A stretch of 13,240 nucleotides of DNA from an uncultured archaeon (GTDB taxonomy: Archaea > Asgardarchaeota > Lokiarchaeia > Sigyniarchaeales > SOKP01): positions 1 through 13,240 of the forward strand of contig CAZGJX010000106.1 of the NCBI GenBank assembly GCA_964525635.1, read 5' to 3'. Under the pieces are notes generated by a model that was given only the letters and a program-made list of their open reading frames with translations, had not been told where the DNA came from and ran no database searches. Each line of letters opens with the position of its first letter. Positions within the stretch are counted from its first letter, which is position 1. The translations under genes were made by a program, and so were the position numbers. Below, in pieces: positions 1-8,300 of the stretch.

Positions 1-62
1 TTGATAATTATGATAATGAGTTTAATCCATATTCATGGAAATTATTATATTATCACGAATAA
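1..62 (+). CDS. possible 3' end of a gene entering from the left edge
   Basis: Frame from nt 3 reads DNYDNEFNPYSWKLLYYHE then TAA (60-62), followed by AT-rich spacer. Too short to verify. Confidence 0.3.
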   Translation, partial: DNYDNEFNPYSWKLLYYHE

Positions 63-238
63 TAACAGATTAAGTATATTAAAATTTATAACAAACAATA
101 AAGAAATTCCTCTCTTATTTTGAATGTTAATTGAGTGTTTATTGACTAAAAGGTATATTTAATCTAGAAAATTTAACAGGTTTGAATAAATGGATTTAAA
201 ATAATTAGTTTTGATTAGTTTAAATAAAAATAAAAGAT

Positions 239-1594
239 TTAATTTGAATTAAATTTGTCTCTCTTTATCAATAAAAGAACAACACTTATAATTCCAATTG
301 CAATAAGAGATAAAGATATGTTATAACCAGAAATAGCTGCTATATTAGTTTTAATTGGAATCTTATCTAGATCATATTTTATTACAATTAAATCCCAAAA
401 ATTGTCAAATGGAGCTAGTGGATATGTTCCCGTTCCTGTTATATAAGCATAACCCCAATCATCTAATACTAATCCAAAACCATAATCTGTGCCACTATGT
501 GCCCCCCATGTCTTAAATCCTAGATTATTACCATTTTTATCAAATTTTGCTAATAAAACATCTACAAAATTAGAAGTAGGTTTAAAGCTTCCTGTAGCAC
601 CAGTTATATAGATATAGCCCAAATCATCAATTTTAATATCAATTCCAAAATCTTTTTCATCTCCTCCCCATGTTTTTGCCCAGTGTAATGTACTTGTATT
701 ATCATAACTTAATAAACATAAATCGAAATCATTCAAGCTATTTTGTTTATATCCAGTAATATAAATCATACCACTATCATCTAATACAATACCATTTCCA
801 CAATCATCTTCAGGACCCCCCCATAAATGTTCCCCTTCAAGATTTCCTGAAGAATCATATATTAATAAACATAAATCAATTTTATTCAAACCATTTTCTA
901 TATATCCTGTTATATAAATATTTCCATTATCATCTACAACAATATCTTCTCCCGAACTAGGAATGTCTAACGTTTTACTCCAAACTAAATCTCCAAATGA
1001 ATCATATTTTAAAAGCACTAATAGATAATCATCTTCCCCCGTATTAAAAAAATAACCCGTTATATAAATATTTCCTTCATTATCTATATCAATTCCATGA
1101 CCCATTCCATATTTAGATCCTCCCCATGTTTTATTCATTTGTAGATCTCCTGAAGAATTATATTTTAATAAACATATTTGCCTAGTACCATTAAAATAAT
1201 AATTTCCAGTAATATATATACTGTCTAAATCATCAATAGCAATATCTTGTCCACGACCATAACGCCATGTTTTATTCCATAATAATGATCCATTATTATT
1301 ATATTTCAAGAGACATAACGGTCCACTTCCATCCTGATAACCTGTAACATATGTATTATTCAAACTATCTATATTAATTCCATAACCCCAATCCATCATC
1401 TCCCCTCCATATGATACAAGCCATTCGTATTCATAATTAGAGGATGTTTGAATTTCTTTTGATTCATTTACATCATTAATAGAACTTCCAGGATATGTAA
1501 TTATTGGTATGAATATATTAATAGCAAGAAATAAACAGATTAATAAGCTTATTAACTTAGTTTTTCTGAATTTATTCATGTTAATATTAATCAC
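239..1594 (-). CDS. SBBP-repeat (beta-propeller) cell-surface protein with N-terminal signal/TM segment and Loki-CTERM-like anchor
   Basis: About seven repeats of WGG..D.G.(G/D)I.(I/L)D..G.IYITG...L.KY(D/N)..G. N-terminus is basic then hydrophobic (KFRKTKLISLLICLFLAINIFIPII). C-terminus is ISGY + hydrophobic helix + KRDK. Start is either GTG 1594 or ATG 1579. Confidence 0.88.
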   Translation of the reverse strand: MININMNKFRKTKLISLLICLFLAINIFIPIITYPGSSINDVNESKEIQTSSNYEYEWLVSYGGEMMDWGYGINIDSLNNTYVTGYQDGSGPLCLLKYNNNGSLLWNKTWRYGRGQDIAIDDLDSIYITGNYYFNGTRQICLLKYNSSGDLQMNKTWGGSKYGMGHGIDIDNEGNIYITGYFFNTGEDDYLLVLLKYDSFGDLVWSKTLDIPSSGEDIVVDDNGNIYITGYIENGLNKIDLCLLIYDSSGNLEGEHLWGGPEDDCGNGIVLDDSGMIYITGYKQNSLNDFDLCLLSYDNTSTLHWAKTWGGDEKDFGIDIKIDDLGYIYITGATGSFKPTSNFVDVLLAKFDKNGNNLGFKTWGAHSGTDYGFGLVLDDWGYAYITGTGTYPLAPFDNFWDLIVIKYDLDKIPIKTNIAAISGYNISLSLIAIGIISVVLLLIKRDKFNSN

Positions 1595-1729
1595 TTTTTT
1601 ATTGGATATAAGTATTATTAAGAGAAGGAGATATAAAAATCTATATGTGAAAAAATTGATTATTTTTATGAATTTAATTTGAAATTTGGATTAATGATAT
1701 TAAATGCCTTATGAAATTATTATAAAATA

Positions 1730-2251
1730 ATGTCAAATGAAAAATTAAAAATAATATTATTTCGTAGTGCTGGTATTGAAATAGACCATTTTATTCAAAG
1801 ATTTACAAAAAAAAGATTTAATATGAGTTATAAATTAGAATTAGGAGTTGATATATTAAATAAAGAAGTAGAATATGAATCTGGAAAAAAGGTACAGCTT
1901 TCAATATGGGATATTGGAGATCATCTAAGGTATAAATTTGTACGAAGTAAATTTTATCGAGGAGCTGTTGGATGCATATCTATTTTTGATCTAAACAAAC
2001 CTCAGAGTTTTGAATTCATCAGAAAAAGGATTTTAGAGATATATGATTATATCAATAACAAGAGGTATTTTATCATTATAGGAATTAATATAGATATACC
2101 AGAAAAATCAGATATAAGTATTGAGAATCCAGATGTTCAGGAATTTATAGAAAAATATTGTAGTATCTATTATAAAGCCACTAAAAATAATAATAATATT
2201 GAAGATTTATTTGTTGAGTTAACTCGGAGAATAATGTATTCTAGAATTTAA
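1730..2251 (+). CDS. Rab/Ras-like small GTPase-fold protein with degenerate G motifs (probable pseudo-GTPase)
   Basis: Rab-type segments GVD, LSIWDIG, FYRGAVG..IFDL...SF and NIEDLF.EL.R.I are present. G1 reads RSAGIEID, G2 lacks Thr (KLELGVD), G3 is WDIGDH and G4 is GINID. Confidence 0.85.
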   Translation: MSNEKLKIILFRSAGIEIDHFIQRFTKKRFNMSYKLELGVDILNKEVEYESGKKVQLSIWDIGDHLRYKFVRSKFYRGAVGCISIFDLNKPQSFEFIRKRILEIYDYINNKRYFIIIGINIDIPEKSDISIENPDVQEFIEKYCSIYYKATKNNNNIEDLFVELTRRIMYSRI

Positions 2252-2342
2252 TGGAAGACGTGGCACTTTTATAGGATGTTCAAATTATCCCGATTGTAAA
2301 TATACATTTAATCCAGAAAGAATTAAAAAATTAGAATTTTAA
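2250..2342 (+). pseudogene. C-terminal half of a topoisomerase-type C4 zinc ribbon (zf-C4_Topoisom-like) gene remnant
   Basis: Manual translation: NGRRGTFIGCSNYPDCKYTFNPERIKKLEF*. Matches the G..G.F.GCS.YP.C.YT motif. No start codon and no N-terminal CPxCG. Confidence 0.75.
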
Positions 2343-2573
2343 ATTATAGGTAAAGAATAGAATCATAATAAGATAGATCTTTAATTAATTAATATAATTA
2401 GATTAGAAATTCTTTACTTAAATCTTATATTCTTAATAGATAAATAAGCTAATTGATTTGCTTGGAGTTTTCTGTAATAATTTTATGAATTATGATAACT
2501 AAAAATTTCTATTCTGCTATACATTATTAGAAATGTAAAATTTTGTATAAAATCATTGGATTGATAATTTAAA

Positions 2574-3140
2574 ATGGAGTCTATTATTTTTTTAGAGGAA
2601 TGTGGTATTTGTAGAGAATGCTGTGAAAGAATTCCCATCTGTGTGTGTGATTATCGCGTGATTGAGGCAATTATTTCAGATATTCTCCCTATTGAAATAA
2701 TTAATCAACTAAGAATTTATCAAATCAAGGAGGAATTGCTAAATTACGTGGCAAAAATATGGTGGTTTTTTCCAAATCACAATCTTCTAAAACTCATGAC
2801 GATAGAAGAAGAAGGGTTCTATTATATTTTAACTATACCACGATTAAGAGGGGGATGTCCATTTCTTTCCAAAGATAAGGAAAGAGGATGTCAATTTCCT
2901 AAAATTAAACCATATAATTGTGCAATTTATCCTTATTATATAGAACATGGAGAATTTAAGATTAGTTTGACATGTAAATACGCAAAAACAAAAAATATAA
3001 TTGAAATAAAATCATCTATAAGACAAATTGCTGACAATTTTACTCGTGAATGTTTAAAAAACCAAAAGAATTATTTTAAAAATCTGAAAAAAATTCAAGA
3101 AATATATACTATTCCCCAAATTAAATATCATGCATTTTAA
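2574..3140 (+). CDS. YkgJ-family (CxxCxxCC) zinc/iron-chelating cysteine-cluster protein
   Basis: CGICRECC near the N-terminus, then CPFL, GC and KPYNCAIYPY, which is the characteristic motif order. Confidence 0.85.
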   Translation: MESIIFLEECGICRECCERIPICVCDYRVIEAIISDILPIEIINQLRIYQIKEELLNYVAKIWWFFPNHNLLKLMTIEEEGFYYILTIPRLRGGCPFLSKDKERGCQFPKIKPYNCAIYPYYIEHGEFKISLTCKYAKTKNIIEIKSSIRQIADNFTRECLKNQKNYFKNLKKIQEIYTIPQIKYHAF

Positions 3141-3177
3141 ACTCCAGACTTATTCTAGGTTATCAATTTTATTAAAT

Positions 3178-3198
3178 ATGTTAAATATTATTTAACAT
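3178..3198. repeat. perfect 10-1-10 inverted repeat ATGTTAAATA-T-TATTTAACAT
   Basis: Read directly. Lies 37 bp downstream of the YkgJ-family stop codon. Function unknown. Confidence 0.6.
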
Positions 3199-3703
3199 TC
3201 TTATTAAAAATTGTTCACATGAAGGTTGTATTTGAATACCTTATTCATGAATGGTAAAACCAGTACCATCTATCGAGTAGGTGTTCAAACCATCCCCGAC
3301 TACTTAAAGTCTCATGAAGGTCACCCATTCAAATCATAGATGGGATTTCATGCTTAGATTCTCGAAATGAGAATATTATTCCACAAATGAGGGAAATTCT
3401 CGGAAAAAATAATTCTAATACCAATGCAATAATATATAAATTTAAAGTTTTTTAATGGACCTCCTTTTCAGATAAATTTCAATACATTAAATAATAAAAT
3501 TTAAAGTATGTTTTAAATTATTAAAGAGAGTACTCATTTATCAATAAACTGATGAAAAATAGAATATTAAATACATATTTTAATAAAAAATCTTAATAAA
3601 CCTTAACATTTTTAATATTTTTTATGATGATATTTTTTTTTTTAATTATATTATATTCAATCGATACTTTCAAATTAAATCTTAAAATTCCAATGACAAA
3701 GAA

Positions 3704-3877
3704 TTAAGTATCTTGAGCTTGTAAACACCTTAAATTCTGTACTTCTTCTATTCTTCGTCTTGTTGCATCAATAATAAATTCGGTATACGTTCGATATGCT
3801 AATACATTATTTACTTTTAACTCATTATTAATTTTATTGATTAATTCCTCAGGTAATTCTAATAACACATTTTTCAT
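3704..3877 (-). CDS. small ribbon-helix-helix (CopG/MetJ-like) DNA-binding protein
   Basis: From ATG 3877: MKNVLLELPEELINKIN...YRTYTEFIIDATRRRIEE. Fits the strand, LP.EL helix and Y.(S/T)..EFI.DA.R helix pattern of archaeal RHH proteins. The upstream extension to 3982 is low-complexity and probably non-coding. Confidence 0.65.
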   Translation of the reverse strand: MKNVLLELPEELINKINNELKVNNVLAYRTYTEFIIDATRRRIEEVQNLRCLQAQDT

Positions 3878-4147
3878 ATTATTTTGGGGTTTTATTTTGG
3901 CTTGATCTCTTATAATTTTTTGCGTATTGATATTTACGTAAATTAATTGAACTTTATTAAGAAGAAATAAGAAATAAAACAAATAATTTAAAGATCATAA
4001 TACTAATATTAAGATATCAAATTAAAATTAAAAAATAATGAATTTAAGAATCTAAAATATCCAAATATGAATAACATTTCAAAATATAATTTATTTTTGA
4101 TTAGGAAAGAAAAATTAAAAAAAGAAATTATATCATCAAAAAAGATA

Positions 4148-4342
4148 ATGCAAAAACAAGAGGATCCATTAGAAATAGCAGATGATCTAATACATAATTC
4201 ATTTAAACTAATTGAAGAAAGCACTAAGAAAAGATACCCTAATTTTTCAGATCAGGATATACATTTAAAAATTAAATCAAATATTAACTTATTCAGCCGA
4301 ATTAAAGCAGTGAATAAAGGTAATAAAATATGGCAGAACTAA
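4148..4342 (+). CDS. small helical protein, putative MenA1-like antitoxin
   Basis: 64 aa from ATG 4148 (the track start at 4067 is possible). Long helix, then RYPNFSDQDI, then a second helix. Overlaps the downstream nucleotidyltransferase by 13 nt. Confidence 0.6.
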   Translation: MQKQEDPLEIADDLIHNSFKLIEESTKKRYPNFSDQDIHLKIKSNINLFSRIKAVNKGNKIWQN

Positions 4343-4911
4343 AAAATATTCTACAAAGGATTGAAAATGTATTTAAGGCAGTAGATTTGAAATATATTAT
4401 TGTTGGGGGAGTCACAATTATTCATTATGGTCATGTAAGAACTACAACGGATATTGACATAATTTTAGAAAATAATCCTTCTGAATTTGCACATTTTATA
4501 AAAATTTTAAAAGAAAATAAATTTGATGTTATGGAAGATCAATTCTATCAAGGAATAAAGGAAGGAACAAATATTACTATTTTTGATAATAAAAGTTATT
4601 TTAGATTAGATTTAAAAATTGCTAATAATAATAGAGAAAATGAATTATTAGACAGAGCAATTATGAAAAAATTATTTGACTTAAATATACTAATACCCTC
4701 ATTAGAGGATGTATTATTGGGTAAAATTTTATACATAGGAGATATCGAAGATATTCCTGATTCAGAATTATTGGAATATCAGGATATAACTGATTTTTTA
4801 ACATTATTTCATGCAAATCAAGAATCTATTAATCTTGTCTATTTAAAAGAGGAAATAAAAAAGATAGGTCTAGAATTAACGTTTAATAAGCTTCTTTCAA
4901 TAAAACTATAA
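4330..4911 (+). CDS. nucleotidyltransferase of the AbiEii/DUF1814/DUF6036 (MenT-like) group, putative toxin
   Basis: YIIVGG......G..RTTTDIDI (GG and RxTxDxD motifs), third acidic residue in RLDL, PSLEDVLLGK with the conserved Lys, and C-terminal QDITD (DxxD). Confidence 0.85.
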   Translation: MAELKNILQRIENVFKAVDLKYIIVGGVTIIHYGHVRTTTDIDIILENNPSEFAHFIKILKENKFDVMEDQFYQGIKEGTNITIFDNKSYFRLDLKIANNNRENELLDRAIMKKLFDLNILIPSLEDVLLGKILYIGDIEDIPDSELLEYQDITDFLTLFHANQESINLVYLKEEIKKIGLELTFNKLLSIKL

Positions 4912-5305
4912 ATTATTAGATTAAATAATCGAGAAGGTTGGAGTATTTTCTTGTTCTTTTTTAGATATTTAATATTTTTTTTATTGAAAAGGGAAATTTA
5001 AATTCTGATTTTAATGAAAATTCAATTAAAATATGTTATTCAATTAAATTAATTAAAAAAAACAAACCTTTTAACTTCTTTAATTGATCTTAAAATAGAA
5101 CATGAAAATGATTTTTACGATAACGCTATAGAAACAGATAAAACCATACCAAATGATAGGATCGAATCAAATTTAATAAATTTGTTCAATATTAGTCCTG
5201 ATCGTGTTTATATATCATATTAAATTTTCTTATTAAATAATTTACTTTCGATTATCAAAAATTATAATAATAAATTAAAATCAATTAGAAAACAAAAGAT
5301 ATAAA

Positions 5306-8300
5306 ATGAAAAGAAAGAAACTTATCGTTTTAATCATGATTATTCTTATTTTTTTTCCCTCGTTTGCTAATATTTCATCTTTTTTTGAAGAATCAAACAA
5401 AATAAAAAATAAAGTTGATGATAATTATAACATCCACCATAGTGATTCTGAATTTAATATCTTAACACCTGAAAATACAACTTATATGAATCCTATGTGG
5501 GGATATTATCCCGCCACTTTTGGATTTGAAAGAGTTATAGATAGAGATTTTGATAGTGAATGGGATGATAATAGTGGTACTGGTTGTAGCGCTCAAGTTG
5601 TTAACGCGATAGCAGGGCATAATAAAGTCCTAGAATTAAATGATACAGATTCCATATATGGATGTGATGTATCGAATACTTTTACAACTCCTCAAACTAG
5701 TGGAACCATTGAATTTTGGTTTCTTGGAATTAATACACTCTCTCAAATAAACATTCAGATTAATACTGGTACAACAACTGCAATTATGTTGGCTATAGGG
5801 GGAGAGTTTCTTCAATACAATGATGGTAATTGGAATAATATCCATCATGTTTTAAGCAATACATGGTATCATATTAGAATCGACTTTGAGTGTGGTAATG
5901 GATTATATCAAGGATTATCCCCTGATACATTTTTTGTTTATGTAAATGGAATAAATTATGGTCCATATTCTTTTTATACTGATGTCTCCGATGTTAACAT
6001 ATTTAATTTATTTACTCGTACCGTCATAGCAAATTACAAATATTACTTTGATGATATTGGATATTCATGGGATCCAAATTATAATATTGGTGATAATCGA
6101 AATGAGGGGCTTTTACTAAGCTTTGAAACTTCAATTATTATGGAATGGATTGGATATTCATTAGATGGTCAAATAAATAGGACTATATTGGGAGATAAAA
6201 CCATTCCCTTTCCAAGAAAAGGATTCCACTCTTTAAAATTGTTTGGAAATGACTCCTTAGGAAATATCTACCAATCAGATCTTAGGTATTTTAGAATTTC
6301 TCCCATAAATATCTTAACACCCGAAAATAAAACTTATATCAAACCAATGCAAGGATATTATTTAGCAACTTATGGATTTGAAAGCGTTGAGGATGGAAGT
6401 CTTCATAATGAATGGATTGATAATAGTGGTTCTGGATGTAGTGTTCAAGTTATTGACTCAATAGAAGGACGTAAGAAAGTCCTAGAGTTAAATGATAGTG
6501 ATTCTACTTATGGATGTGATGTATCGAATACATTTACAACTCCTCAAACTAGTGGAACCATAGAATTTTGGTTTTTAGGAATTGATGTCAATTATCAAAT
6601 AAACATTCAATTAAATTCTGGTGCAACAAATGCAATAATACTCGCTACAGGAGCAGGACACCTTCAATATAATGATGGTAATTGGAATAATATCCAAGAT
6701 ATTTTTAGTAATACCTGGTATCATATTAGAATCGATTTTGAGTGTGGAAATGGATTATATCAAGGATTATCCCCAGACACATTCTTTATTTATGTAAATG
6801 GAACTAAATCTGTAGCATATTCATTTGCCAATGATGTCTCTGAAGTTGATTTAATTAATTTAATTACACGTACCACCATAGCAGATTACACATATTATTT
6901 TGATGATTTTGGATATCTGTGGGATCCAAATTATAATATTGGAGATAACCAAAATGAAGGACTCTTAATCAGCTTTGAAAATTCAATTCCTATGGATTGG
7001 ATTGGTTATTCATTAGATGGTCAAAATAATAAGACTATTTTAGGAGATAAAACTATTCCCTATCCAGAAGAAGGTTCTCATACTTTAAAATTATTTGGAA
7101 ATGACAGCTTGGGAAATATCTATCAATCAGATCTTAGGTATTTTAAAATTTCTCCAATAAATATCTTAACTCCTGAAAATAAATATTATGAAGATCCTAT
7201 GGAAGGATATTATCCAGCTACTTTTGGATTTGAAAATGTTATGGATGGAAACCTACATAATGAGTGGATTGATAACAGTGGAACAGGATGTAATGTTCAA
7301 GTTATTAATTCCATAGAAGGACATAATAAAGTCCTAGAATTAAATGATTCTGATTCCATCAATGGATGTGATATATCAAATACGTTTACATCTCCTCAAA
7401 CTAGCGGAACCATTGAATTTTGGATACTAGGAGATGATGTATATAATCAAATTGATATTAATATTGATTCTGGAGCAGTAAATGCAATTAGGATTGGTAT
7501 AAATATGAGAAATATTCTTTATTATGAAAATTTTTGGAAAAATATCCGATCTATTTCAAATAATACTTGGTATAATATAAGGATTGATTTTGAATGCGGT
7601 GGTGGATTATATCAAGGATTATATGATGATAAATTTTGTATATATATAGATGGAATAAAATATGGTTCTTTTGATTTTAATAATCAAGTTTCTAATGTCG
7701 ATAAATTTTATGTTAATACTAGTAGTAATGTAGCAAATTACAACTATTATTTTGATGCAATTGGATATTCTTGGGATTCAAATTATTATATTGGTAATAA
7801 TCAAAAAAAAGGTCTTTTAATTAGCTATGAAAGTTCAGTTATTATAGATTGGATTGAATATTGTTTAGATGGGAGGATTTTTAGGACTATTGAAGGAAAT
7901 ATATCAATTTCTTTTCCAAATGCGGGTAATCATTCAATACAATTATTTGGAAATGATTCATTAGATAATTCTTATCAGTCTGATATTGTTTATTTCACTA
8001 TAATTGTTATAGACTTATTAGAACCAAAGAACAACACTTATGCATATACCATGAGGGGGCATTATTTTGCAACCTTTGAATTTGAAAAAAAACCTAATGA
8101 ATATTTTTTTAATAATTGGATAGATAATAGTGGATCTGCATGTATTACCCAAACTATTGATTCATTAGAAGGACATAATAAAGTTTTAGAATTGATTGAT
8201 AGTAGTACTTCGGCTGCCTGTGATATATCCACTACTTTTTCTACGCCTCAAACATCCGGAACACTTGAATACTGGATTTTTGGATACAATCTCAATTATC

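Noticed and set aside
1601-1628. ATTGGATATAA as one arm of an archaeal Xer dif site
   Set aside because: No complementary second arm after a 6-bp spacer. Likely promoter-region AT-rich sequence.
3247-3358. Eukaryote-like SECIS element (ATGA...AAA...GA) after the YkgJ gene
   Set aside because: Helix lengths and spacing do not fit, the ATGA bases are taken up in CATGAA/TTCATG stems, and no in-frame TGA selenoprotein is adjacent.
4009-4224. 71-aa minus-strand ORF
   Set aside because: Antisense shadow of the antitoxin-like gene, with Phe-rich low-complexity composition.
4330-4911. MNT-HEPN system
   Set aside because: The NTase has GG/RxTxDxD and 193 aa rather than the short GS-type MNT, and the neighbour lacks a HEPN motif.
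5636-5848. 70-aa minus-strand ORF
   Set aside because: Antisense to the large repeat protein. No independent support.
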